A stretch of 64,000 bases of DNA from NCBI GenBank assembly GCA_937930175.1, contig CALGLP010000004.1, positions 2,163 to 66,162 of the forward strand. The letters run 5' to 3'. Every line of letters starts with the position of its first letter. Position 1 is the first letter of the stretch. Positions 13,066-21,558 of the stretch are shown one piece after another. The DNA is from an uncultured bacterium. Lineage in GTDB: Bacteria > Omnitrophota > Gorgyraeia > Zapsychrales > Aceulaceae. The notes beneath the pieces were generated by a model. The model saw only the letters and a list, made by a program, of their open reading frames with translations, searched no databases and was not told the origin of the DNA. The position numbers were made by a program, and so were the translations under genes.

Positions 13066-13083
13066 GGCGCGATAGCCAAGTGG
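13066..13083 (+). pseudogene. Orphan 5' fragment of a tRNA-Cys-like gene (positions 1-18)
   Basis: GGCGCGATAGCCAAGTGG matches 16 of 18 positions of the 5' end of the intact tRNA-Cys at 13363. It is followed by a 69-nt two-hairpin block. Confidence 0.6.
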
Positions 13084-13215
13084 GCCAGCTTTTCTTGAAA
13101 ACAATTAAGGAAGCTGGCATTCCGTTTCCGCTAAAAGTTTGGAGAAACGGAATAAGGTAGGACCCATAGTTCTTTGGAAAAATGTGTTTAAGCGCTCGAA
13201 ACAAGGTTTAGTCTT

Positions 13216-13234
13216 GGTGCGATAGCCAAGTGGT
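13216..13234 (+). pseudogene. Orphan 5' fragment of a tRNA-Cys-like gene (positions 1-19)
   Basis: GGTGCGATAGCCAAGTGGT matches 16 of 19 positions of the 5' end of the intact tRNA-Cys. It is followed by a 70-nt two-hairpin block. Confidence 0.6.
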
Positions 13235-13362
13235 GCCGATGTTTTCGTGAAACAGTAAAAGCATCGGCGCTCAACTTCCTCTAGAAATTTAAGGAATGTT
13301 GAGCGAGGCAGCATCCTTGTTCTTTTGGAGATGTTTGTCGTTCGTTTTAAAAGGTTTTTGCT

Positions 13363-13434
<72 letters not shown>

Positions 13435-13457
13435 TTAGTTTTTAAAACGAACGACAA

Positions 13458-13504
13458 AAGGTCTGCAAAACCTTTATCCGTCGGTTCGATTCCGACTCGC
13501 GCCT
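13458..13504 (+). pseudogene. Orphan 3' portion of a second tRNA-Cys (anticodon arm through acceptor 3' strand)
   Basis: AAGGT-CTGCAAA-ACCTT, TATCC, GTCGG-TTCGATT-CCGAC, TCGCGCC-T. The acceptor strand TCGCGCC is exactly complementary to the orphan 5' fragment GGCGCGA at 13066. Confidence 0.65.
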
Positions 13505-13678
13505 TAAATGTCCTCATAGCTTGTGCGACAAAACGGAGCGTAAGCTATTTGAGCGAACTTACTCCAAGCGATAGCGAGGAGTAAACGATAATCTATTTGT
13601 CTGAATTGACTCCGATGATTTCCGGAGCAAGTGATTTTAAGTGATTCCGTTAAAAGCGGAGTTCAGTATTCTTTGGGC

Positions 13679-13696
13679 GGGCAAGTGGTGGAATGG
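13679..13696 (+). pseudogene. Orphan 5' fragment of tRNA-Leu (positions 1-18)
   Basis: GGGCAAGTGGTGGAATGG is identical to the first 18 nt of the intact tRNA-Leu, which starts exactly 150 nt downstream. Confidence 0.65.
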
Positions 13697-13828
13697 TCCG
13701 ACTTCGTTCAAAAATATTCATGTTTGAACTACGTTGGACACATGGCTTTGGTGGCGCAGCGTGGCGAAGCTAAGCGCATACGTAATTTGGCAAAGACGGG
13801 CGAAAGCCCGGCGAAGTTTTACGAAGAC

Positions 13829-13911
13829 GGGCAAGTGGTGGAATGGCATACACGCAGGACTTAAAATCCTGTGGCTGAAAGGCTGTGAGGGTTCGACTCC
13901 CTCCTTGCCCA
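13829..13911 (+). tRNA. tRNA-Leu (UAA), type II
   Basis: Acceptor GGGCAAG/CTTGCCC, anticodon stem CAGGA/TCCTG with loop CTTAAAA, a long variable arm, and T arm GAGGG-TTCGACT-CCCTC. Length 83 nt, with no encoded CCA. Confidence 0.9.
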
Positions 13912-14059
13912 TAAAAATTCTGTTAGCAGAATTTTTATGGAGCAATTGAGCAATAGAGAAGCGAGCAATAGATATGCAACGGCCCAATTGCGATCAATTT
14001 TCAATTGTCGATTTTTGAAGTTTTCTTTTTTGATCTTTTAAGCTTAAATTATTTTTTGT

Positions 14060-14072
14060 GAGCTTATAGCTC
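14060..14072 (+). pseudogene. Orphan 5' fragment of tRNA-Val (positions 1-13, one mismatch)
   Basis: GAGCTTATAGCTC versus GGGCTTATAGCTC of the intact tRNA-Val 137 nt downstream. It is followed by a 64-nt two-hairpin block. Confidence 0.55.
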
Positions 14073-14196
14073 TCCGACGTTTTGATTGATAACTAGAAGT
14101 CGGAGTCCCGATCCCTGCAAAGCAGGGCGTCGGGACAGTTTTCAGCTCAAGGCGTAATGGAGATAAAGCTGTATTAGCATAGAACAAAGCAGGTGT

Positions 14197-14273
14197 GGGC
14201 TTATAGCTCAGTTGGTTAGAGCGCTTCCTTGACATGGAAGAGGTCTGAGGTTCGAGTCCTCATAGGCCCACCA
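14197..14273 (+). tRNA. tRNA-Val (GAC)
   Basis: Acceptor GGGCTTA/TAGGCCC, anticodon stem CTTCC/GGAAG with loop TTGACAT, and T arm TGAGG-TTCGAGT-CCTCA. CCA is encoded. Confidence 0.9.
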
Positions 14274-14491
14274 GTTTTTAAATGAGTCCGCGATTTATGG
14301 AGCTTAAGCGACATAAATCGTATGGACGAATTTATTCCGCTTACCTGAGCGCAAGTGAAGGAAGCGGAGCTAAAAATACAGGGAATAAAGAATGGAAATC
14401 TCGCAGTCGTCCGTCAAAGAATTATTGGCGGACTCCTTGGGATAAATTCGGTTGGACGATTTGCGTTCCTCACTTCGTTCGTCTGTAAAAC

Positions 14492-16234
14492 GTGACCTCA
14501 TTTATGGATCAAAATTATTTAGATACTTTACGACATAGCTGTTCGCACATCATGGCCCAGGCTGTTAAAGAATTATGGCCTGAGGTCAAGGTGGCAATCG
14601 GTCCTTCGATTGAAAACGGATTTTATTATGATTTTGATAAAAAAGAGCCGTTTACTCCCGACGATCTCAAGGCCATCACCAAGCGTATGCGACAGATCAT
14701 TGAAAAAAAGCCTGAATTTAAACAGAGCCTTATGCCCAAAGACAAGGCCTTGGCTTTTTTTAAAGAACGCAATGAAAACTATAAAGTTGAAATCATTGAA
14801 GCGCTTTCGGATGAAAATGTTTCGATGTATCAAACAGGCGAAGGCTTTGTTGATTTATGCAAAGGTCCTCATGTTAAGCATGCTGGGGAGATCAAGGCCT
14901 TTGCGCTGTTGTCTACGGCTGGCGCATATTGGCGCGGGGATGAAAAGAACGCCATGCTCCAGCGCATTTATGGAACCTGTTTCCCGTCGGAAAAAGAACT
15001 TAAAGAGCATTTAAAGCTTTTAGAAGAAGCCCAAAAACGAGATCACCGCAAGCTTGGACCTCAACTTGATTTGTTTAATTTTTACCAGGATGAAGCTGGT
15101 GCCGGGCTTATTTTTTATCACCCCAATGGCGCCATGGTGCGCAGAATCATTGAAGACTACATCAAGGATGAAAACTTAAAGCGTGGTTATGAGCTTGTGA
15201 TGACACCGCATATGCTGAAGGGAAAACTTTGGGAAATTTCTGGGCACGCAGATCATTACCGAGAGAACATGTATTATTTTAAGGTCGATAGCGAAGAATA
15301 TGCGGTGAAGCCCATGAACTGTCCAGGGCACATTTTGATTTATAAGTCACGAATACACTCTTATCGCGAAATGCCGGTACGTTATTTTGAGTTGGGGACG
15401 GTTTATCGACAAGAGAAAGCCGGTGTGTTGCATGGACTTTTGCGTGTGCGTGGATTTACACAAGACGATGGACATATTTTCTGCCGCGAAGACCAAATTT
15501 GTGAGGAAGTCAAGAATGCTATTGATTTTGTCTTTGCCGTGATGAAAGATTTTGGATTTGAAAAAGCTGAAATTGAATTGAGTACGCAACCCGCCAAGTT
15601 TATCGGCTCCCAAGAAAACTGGGACACGGCGACGAAGGCTCTAGAGGATTCGCTCAAGGAAAAAAATATTGCGTATAAAATTAACCTTGGCGACGGTGCT
15701 TTTTATGGCCCCAAAATTGATATCAAGCTTAAAGATGCTCTTGGTCGTCTTTGGCAGTGTGCGACAATCCAATGCGATTTTGCCTTGCCAGAGCGTTTTC
15801 AAATGACCTATGTCAGCGAAGACGGCAAAGAGAAGCGACCGATCATGATTCATCGCGCGATTTTAGGAAGCTTTGAGCGATTTTTTGGTACGCTCGTTGA
15901 GCATTATGCCGGAGCTTTTCCTCTGTGGCTTGCGCCAGTTCAGATTTTGTTGATCCCTATTCGTGAAGAGCAGGTTCATTTTACAAAAGAAGTAAAAGAC
16001 ATTTTACAAAATCAAGGGTTTCGGGTTATAATGGACGCACGCAACGAGACCTTGGATAAACGGATTCGCGAAGGATCGTTAAAGAAAATCCCATACCTTG
16101 TGATTATTGGTGAAAAAGAAATGACACAGCGTACAGTGGCCCTTCGCAAGCGAGGCGTAGGCGATGGGGGTGTTTTATCTATCGACGATTTTGTTAAGCA
16201 ACTTCAACAAGAACAACACGATAAAACAGCATAA
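14492..16234 (+). CDS. thrS: Threonyl-tRNA synthetase (no N-terminal TGS domain)
   Basis: 580-aa ORF beginning near the editing-domain motif LRHSCSHIMAQAV. Class II motifs and the anticodon-binding domain are present. The start is GTG 14492 or ATG 14504. Confidence 0.95.
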   Translation: MTSFMDQNYLDTLRHSCSHIMAQAVKELWPEVKVAIGPSIENGFYYDFDKKEPFTPDDLKAITKRMRQIIEKKPEFKQSLMPKDKALAFFKERNENYKVEIIEALSDENVSMYQTGEGFVDLCKGPHVKHAGEIKAFALLSTAGAYWRGDEKNAMLQRIYGTCFPSEKELKEHLKLLEEAQKRDHRKLGPQLDLFNFYQDEAGAGLIFYHPNGAMVRRIIEDYIKDENLKRGYELVMTPHMLKGKLWEISGHADHYRENMYYFKVDSEEYAVKPMNCPGHILIYKSRIHSYREMPVRYFELGTVYRQEKAGVLHGLLRVRGFTQDDGHIFCREDQICEEVKNAIDFVFAVMKDFGFEKAEIELSTQPAKFIGSQENWDTATKALEDSLKEKNIAYKINLGDGAFYGPKIDIKLKDALGRLWQCATIQCDFALPERFQMTYVSEDGKEKRPIMIHRAILGSFERFFGTLVEHYAGAFPLWLAPVQILLIPIREEQVHFTKEVKDILQNQGFRVIMDARNETLDKRIREGSLKKIPYLVIIGEKEMTQRTVALRKRGVGDGGVLSIDDFVKQLQQEQHDKTA

Positions 16235-16249
16235 CACAATCAGAAAGGG

Positions 16250-16795
16250 GTGGTTTGTATTAATAAGTATATTCGCATCAATGAGTACATTCGAGTTCCT
16301 GAGGTTCGCGTGATTGGGCCTAATTCAGAACAGCTGGGGGTTTTGATGGTCAGACGCGCGGTGGAGCTTGCGAAAGAACACGGTTTAGATTTAGTGGAAG
16401 TGGCGCCTATGGCCAAGCCGCCGGTTTGTCGCATCATTGATTTTAGTAAATACAAATATGAACAAGAAAAGAAAGAGCGTAAAAGTAAGAAAAGCCAGCA
16501 TGTGACACGCTTAAAAGAAATTCGCGTTAAGCCCCATATTGATGAGCACGATTATCAAGTGAAGCTCAAGCAATCGGCTTCCTTTTTAGATAAGCATGAC
16601 AAGGTCAAGATCAATTTGTTTTTTCGTGGACGAGAAATGGCCTTTAAAAGCCAAGGACGGCAAGTGCTTGACCGATTTGTTGTTGACCTAGCTGAGCACG
16701 GACAGCTTGAAAAAGATTTAGGGGTGGAAGGGCGCGTGATGTCGATTGTCATGGCTCCAAAATCTGCTAAAAAACAAGAACTACCAAAAGGATAA
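16250..16795 (+). CDS. infC: Translation initiation factor IF-3
   Basis: [22 protein letters not shown]...[17 protein letters not shown]. The start is ambiguous: GTG 16250 or the ATT at 16259, which would fit the AUU start typical of infC. Confidence 0.9.
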   Translation: MVCINKYIRINEYIRVPEVRVIGPNSEQLGVLMVRRAVELAKEHGLDLVEVAPMAKPPVCRIIDFSKYKYEQEKKERKSKKSQHVTRLKEIRVKPHIDEHDYQVKLKQSASFLDKHDKVKINLFFRGREMAFKSQGRQVLDRFVVDLAEHGQLEKDLGVEGRVMSIVMAPKSAKKQELPKG

Positions 16796-16799
16796 TTCT

Positions 16800-16997
16800 A
16801 TGCCAAAGCTTAAAACAAACCGGTCCGCGCGAAAAAGATTTCGCATCACAAAATCCGGAAGACTTAAGAAACGAAGCGCCAATCGTGGCCATATGTTAGG
16901 AAAAAAGTCACGTAAGCGTAAACGCCAACTGCGCCATAGCACCTATACCACAGGAGCTGACGCTAAGAAGATCAGGAAAATTTTACCATACGGGTAA
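16800..16997 (+). CDS. rpmI: 50S ribosomal protein L35
   Basis: [31 protein letters not shown] from the internal ATG at 16800. The ORF-track start at 16746 overlaps infC. Confidence 0.9.
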   Translation: MPKLKTNRSARKRFRITKSGRLKKRSANRGHMLGKKSRKRKRQLRHSTYTTGADAKKIRKILPYG

Positions 16998-17036
16998 AAA
17001 CAAAGATCATCAAGGAAGTAAGGAGGATGTTGTTCC

Positions 17037-17396
17037 ATGACACGAGTATCTCATGCGGTTGCGTCACGCCGACGAAAAAAAAGAGTTTTAAAACTTGCCA
17101 AGGGGCAGTTTGGGCACCGTAGCAAGCGGTATCAACAAGCGGATCGTTCTGTTCGTAAAGGACAGAAGTATTCTTATCGCGATCGCAAGGTTAAAAAACG
17201 CGAATTTCGCAATCTCTGGGTTACGCGCATCAATGCGGCTTGCCGCGAGGCAGAGATGACCTATAGCCGTTTTATCAGCGGCCTCAAGAAAGCCAAGATT
17301 GACATGAATCGTCAAATGTTATCTGAGCTTGCAGTGAGATCACCCGTAGCTTTTAAGAAGCTTGTGGATATCGCGAAAAAAGCAAATAGTAAGTAG
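17037..17396 (+). CDS. rplT: 50S ribosomal protein L20
   Basis: 119-aa ORF starting MTRVSHAVASRRRKKRVLKLAKGQFG..., typical of L20. Confidence 0.95.
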   Translation: MTRVSHAVASRRRKKRVLKLAKGQFGHRSKRYQQADRSVRKGQKYSYRDRKVKKREFRNLWVTRINAACREAEMTYSRFISGLKKAKIDMNRQMLSELAVRSPVAFKKLVDIAKKANSK

Positions 17397-17433
17397 TTGT
17401 TTACAGTAGCGAATAATTAATAAAGAGAAAAAA

Positions 17434-17475
17434 AGAAAGGTGCGCCTGTTGGTATGACAACAGGCGCACCTTTCT
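17434..17475. terminator. Hairpin terminator after rplT (18-bp perfect stem)
   Basis: AGAAAGGTGCGCCTGTTG-GTATGA-CAACAGGCGCACCTTTCT, with an A-run upstream and T-rich sequence downstream. The core GTGCGCCTGTTG/CAACAGGCGCAC recurs at 18759. Confidence 0.6.
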
Positions 17476-17586
17476 TATCTTGTTATTTTGTTTTGTGTCC
17501 CCGCTTTTGGTGAATATAACCCTACCTTGTCAATCTTTTTTTCTATGCTATCCTTATCTTAGGATACAGGTAAAAAAGGAGGAAAA

Positions 17587-18714
17587 ATGTTATTTCGAGG
17601 TTTATTAAAAAGTATGCTACGGCTGTGGTTGTTGGGGCTTTTTATTTTAAGTGTATGTCCTATTGTTTTAGCAAATACTCTTTTTGTGCCTAGCCAATAT
17701 GCGCAAATTCAGCAAGCGATTGATGTCGCGCAGGCCGGGGATACCGTTTTCGTAGAGGCAGGGGTCTACGATATTCTGGACAGCATTCACATGAAAGAAA
17801 AAGTTAACTTGGTCGGCGCTGGCAGTCAGGTTACTGTTTTAAATGGCATCGATGAGATGGAGGTTCTTGTTTATGGGGCGAGTCATAGCCTGCTCTCAGG
17901 ATTTAAGCTTAAAAAAGAAATTGCTTCAACTGGAGTGCCCACGTATGGCGTGGCCGTTTATCTTGACAATGTCCGGCAGATGGTGATTAAGGATAATGGT
18001 GTGGTCGGGCATATGGATATCGGCATCTATTTAAAATCTAGCCATTATAATGTTCTTGAAAACAATATTGTCAAATCCATCGAGGATGACAAGGTGATTA
18101 GCCATGCCCTTTCACTGAATGCCTCTTCTTATAACTACATTCTTGATAATTCTGTCGATGGGTTTTGGGCGGGAATTTTTTCCTATTATGGAAAGAATAA
18201 TAAAATAGAACACAATTTTGTGCGCAAGGTCGAATTCCTCTATGGGCAGTCAACAGGGGGAGCCATCCATCTTTTTACCGAGAAAGATACAACGCTATTA
18301 CATAACACATGCTTGAGCATGACGCAGAACGTGACTCCGGGAGGAGGCTTAACGCTAGAGTATCCTCTTAATGTTCAGGTTAATAATTGTTTAATTTATG
18401 GAAAAAAACATGGGCTTTATGTTTCGGGAGACCTACCGGCAGCAGTTTCGATTCAATATAGCGATATTAAAGGTGAGGAGCAAGATGTTGTGTTGAGTGG
18501 AAGCATTAATCCTGTTTACGGCAGCGGCGTTTTGTTTCTTCCGCCTAAGGTGAATTTGGGGAGTGGAGCGCTTTATGCCAACTCGCCTTGCCGCAACGCA
18601 GGGGACCCAGGAACGCCTCATGATCCTGATGGATCAATAGCGGATATAGGGGCTTTTTATTATGTTCTTCCGAGCAGTCCTCCTGTGCCTAATATTCGGC
18701 GTGATAACAAGTAG
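17587..18714 (+). CDS. Secreted right-handed parallel beta-helix repeat protein
   Basis: 375-aa ORF with an N-terminal signal/TM segment (LWLLGLFILSVCPIVLA). Repeated units (NNIV..., LDNSV..., HNF..) are typical of pectate-lyase-fold/NosD-like beta-helices. Confidence 0.55.
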   Translation: MLFRGLLKSMLRLWLLGLFILSVCPIVLANTLFVPSQYAQIQQAIDVAQAGDTVFVEAGVYDILDSIHMKEKVNLVGAGSQVTVLNGIDEMEVLVYGASHSLLSGFKLKKEIASTGVPTYGVAVYLDNVRQMVIKDNGVVGHMDIGIYLKSSHYNVLENNIVKSIEDDKVISHALSLNASSYNYILDNSVDGFWAGIFSYYGKNNKIEHNFVRKVEFLYGQSTGGAIHLFTEKDTTLLHNTCLSMTQNVTPGGGLTLEYPLNVQVNNCLIYGKKHGLYVSGDLPAAVSIQYSDIKGEEQDVVLSGSINPVYGSGVLFLPPKVNLGSGALYANSPCRNAGDPGTPHDPDGSIADIGAFYYVLPSSPPVPNIRRDNK

Positions 18715-18758
18715 AGGTATTTTTTAGGGATAAGTATTTGGGATTGATATGTTTTTTG

Positions 18759-18798
18759 GTGCGCCTGTTGTTGTGACAACAGGCGCACTTCTTTTTTA
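18759..18798 (+). terminator. Rho-independent terminator after the beta-helix gene
   Basis: GTGCGCCTGTTG-TTGTGA-CAACAGGCGCAC followed by TTCTTTTTT. The stem arms are the same as in the hairpin at 17434. Confidence 0.6.
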
Positions 18799-18903
18799 GT
18801 AAGATTATTAGGATTTTCGAAATGCTTTAGAAAAGATAGTTTTTTATTTCTTTTCTAGTATAATAAGCATAAGTTATTTTTATTAATATATTGCTTAGTC
18901 ACT

Positions 18904-19950
18904 ATGTCCTCTTGGAATTTTAACGAACTTACGTTAACCGCAGAACAAGAAATTCAATCTGTTGTTGATATTGAAGCCCTTGAGCTTTTGCGCGTCAAAT
19001 ACCTTGGCCGCAAAGGACTTGTAGCTCAGATCTATGATGGCTTGGCCCAAGCTTCACCTGAAGAAAAACCGTTGATTGGCAAGGGCGCCAACGAATTACG
19101 TAAGAAAGTCACTGAGCTTCTGGAATCAAAGCGCGTAACCCTTGTAGAGGGGAATCTTTCTCTACAAAGCTCCGCAGACACCCTTGATTTAACTCTGCCT
19201 GGCGTTGCCCCAGAGCTTGGTCGACGACATATTTTATCGCAAACGATCAATGATATCTGCAGCATTTTTGAACATTTAGGCTTTGCAGTTTTTGAAGGCC
19301 CGGAAATTGAAACTGAGTTTAATAATTTTACCGCGCTTAATATTCCCTTGGATCACCCTTCGCGTGATGCCTTTGATACATTTTATCTTAAAGAAAAAGA
19401 TCCTCAAAGTCCTGCGCGCCATTTGCTGTTGCGCAGCCATACGTCGCCGGCACAGATTCGCGTAATGCAAGCGCATAAGCCACCCTTGGCCGTGATTGTT
19501 CCAGGCAAGGTGTATCGACCTGATGCTATGGACGCGAGCCATTCCTACATGTTTCACCAAATTGAAGGACTCGTGATCGACGAGAACATTACATTTGCAG
19601 ATCTTAAGGGATTTCTGACTAATTTCTGTAAGAAATTTTTTGGCCCGGACATCAAGATGCGTTTTCGTCCGCATTTTTTCCCTTTTACAGAACCATCAGC
19701 TGAGGTCGATATTTCGTGTTATATTTGTGGTGGGCGGGGTTGTTCGGTGTGCGGTCGTAAAGGGTGGCTTGAGATCTTAGGTTGCGGCATGGTCCACCCG
19801 AAGGTGTTTGAGGCCGTAAAATATCCTAAGGGTCAATATGCCGGCCTGGCCTTTGGTATGGGTGTTGAACGCATTGCAATGCTTAAGCACGGCATCAACG
19901 ACATTCGCTTGTTCTATGAAAATGATTTAAGGTTTTTGAAACAGTTTTAA
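18904..19950 (+). CDS. pheS: Phenylalanyl-tRNA synthetase alpha subunit
   Basis: 348-aa ORF with class II motifs (HPSRDAFDTFY, FRPHFFPFTEPSAEVD, GMGVERIAML). Confidence 0.95.
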   Translation: MSSWNFNELTLTAEQEIQSVVDIEALELLRVKYLGRKGLVAQIYDGLAQASPEEKPLIGKGANELRKKVTELLESKRVTLVEGNLSLQSSADTLDLTLPGVAPELGRRHILSQTINDICSIFEHLGFAVFEGPEIETEFNNFTALNIPLDHPSRDAFDTFYLKEKDPQSPARHLLLRSHTSPAQIRVMQAHKPPLAVIVPGKVYRPDAMDASHSYMFHQIEGLVIDENITFADLKGFLTNFCKKFFGPDIKMRFRPHFFPFTEPSAEVDISCYICGGRGCSVCGRKGWLEILGCGMVHPKVFEAVKYPKGQYAGLAFGMGVERIAMLKHGINDIRLFYENDLRFLKQF

Positions 19951-19971
19951 TGAAGGAAAGGAAAAGAAGGA

Positions 19972-21492
19972 ATGAAAAAAATCGTTTTTGGGATATTGTT
20001 TGGTGTTTGTTTTTGTTCTTTGACTTTTGCCGAGAGCTTGACGCTTACCACTTATTATCCAGCACCGTTTGGAATGTATAAAGAGATGCGGGTGATGGGG
20101 AAGTTGGGGGTTGGGATAACAGATCCAACACATAAGGTAGAGATTGTGCCAGATGCTGGTCAAGGAGCCCTTGTTACTGGAACAGGAAACACTGCGTCAG
20201 ATGGTTCCTCTGCTTTTGGCACAGGAAATTCAGTGAGTGGAACCAAATCTCTTGCTTCAGGAACTGGCAATACCGTTTCAGGGAATACATCTTTTGCTTC
20301 AGGAACCGGTAATACCGTCTCTAGTGCAACATCTTTTGCTTCAGGAGCTTCTAACACTGTTTCAGGAATTCAGGCTTTTGCTTCTGGGACAGGAAATGAT
20401 GTTTCTGGAGCTTTATCCTTTGCTTCCGGTGTATCCAACATTATCTCCGCAACAGGAAGTCAGTCTGCCGCCTTTGGCTGGGAAAATAACATAACGAAGC
20501 CTTCGAGCTTTGCCACAGGTTACGGCAATACGGTTAGCAGTCAGCAGTCTTTTGCTGGGGGTGAGCATGTAACAGCGCAAGCTGCAAATTCTTTTGTTTT
20601 TGGAAGATACAATGTTGTTTCTGGGAGTCCTGTGAGCTGGGTTCCAACCGAGCCTTTGTTTGTTCTTGGAAATGGAACAAGCGCCACTCCGTCTAACGCC
20701 ATGACTGTCTTAAAGAATGGTAAAGTTGGTGTTTCTACTGCGTTGCCGCAAGCAACTCTTCATGTTGGTGATGGCATAGGTATGCCACCTGTCGGATCTG
20801 CTGAAGCGTTGACTTTAATAGGAACGGTGGCGAATCAACCAGCCTTAATTGCTGTTTCTAGGCCTACAAGCGATCCTGATCCTGCGAGCATAGCAACAGG
20901 ACGCATGGCTGTTTATGCTGCAGGGCTTGACTATGGCATTTATTCTGCTCAAGGAGAAAATTATTTTGCAGATAGCGTAGGCATTGGAGCGCCATCGGGA
21001 ACACAAAAACTACATGTCTACAACGATACCTCTCCATACACCGCAACAATTACAAAGAATTCTGATAGCAATGGCGCTGCTTTGCAGATTTACTCTGGAA
21101 ATGGTGGAATGTCTTGGGTAGGGGGAAAAGCAGGCATATATATGAACAATGCCAACGGGCATTACGGCATTTTTCAGGCAACGAATTCTGGAGCGACAAA
21201 AAATTATTTTGGAGGCAACGTGGGCATCGGAGTTGTAGATCCCACGGTGTCTTTGGACGTTTCTGGTCAGGCGCGTATTCAAATTGCGGAAACTAATGGA
21301 TCATGTACGAGTGCGGCTGATGGAGGGAAACTAAATTTTACACCAGCAGTAACTTATATGTGTGGAGGGAGTTCATATACTACGTCAGTTTTGCGTCTTT
21401 GTTCCAGGGATCATGGTGGTACTTGGGCTTGGCGGCAGGTGCAAGGCGCGTGGTCTGGAGATCTTTGCGGATCGGCAGCTTTGCCGGATTAA
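19972..21492 (+). CDS. Secreted repeat protein, paralog 1 (14-residue SFASG..N.VSG repeats; adhesin/fibre-like)
   Basis: 506-aa ORF with a signal peptide and then ESLTLTTYYPAPFGMYKEMRVMGKLGVG. About 10 tandem 14-residue repeats resemble YadA-head/Hep_Hag beta-roll repeats. A conserved neck (FVFGRYN...PLFVLGNG...NAMTVLKNGKVGV) is followed by a Cys-containing C-terminal domain. Confidence 0.6.
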   Translation: MKKIVFGILFGVCFCSLTFAESLTLTTYYPAPFGMYKEMRVMGKLGVGITDPTHKVEIVPDAGQGALVTGTGNTASDGSSAFGTGNSVSGTKSLASGTGNTVSGNTSFASGTGNTVSSATSFASGASNTVSGIQAFASGTGNDVSGALSFASGVSNIISATGSQSAAFGWENNITKPSSFATGYGNTVSSQQSFAGGEHVTAQAANSFVFGRYNVVSGSPVSWVPTEPLFVLGNGTSATPSNAMTVLKNGKVGVSTALPQATLHVGDGIGMPPVGSAEALTLIGTVANQPALIAVSRPTSDPDPASIATGRMAVYAAGLDYGIYSAQGENYFADSVGIGAPSGTQKLHVYNDTSPYTATITKNSDSNGAALQIYSGNGGMSWVGGKAGIYMNNANGHYGIFQATNSGATKNYFGGNVGIGVVDPTVSLDVSGQARIQIAETNGSCTSAADGGKLNFTPAVTYMCGGSSYTTSVLRLCSRDHGGTWAWRQVQGAWSGDLCGSAALPD

Positions 21493-21558
21493 AAGGATTC
21501 GTAAAAATTAAAGCTGTGCTATCGGTAATTTAATATTTTCTTAAAGGGAGGAAACGAA

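Noticed and set aside
14274-14491. A T-box riboswitch upstream of thrS.
   Set aside because: I could find no T-box consensus (GGTGGNACCGCG-like) or specifier-loop architecture. Only generic hairpins are present.
20160-20494. ORFs 20160-20357 (minus) and 20237-20494 (plus) inside paralog 1.
   Set aside because: They are alternative-frame reads of the 42-nt periodic repeat region (repetitive LLLQE / PVPEAKD strings). The signal-peptide-bearing frame is clearly the real one.
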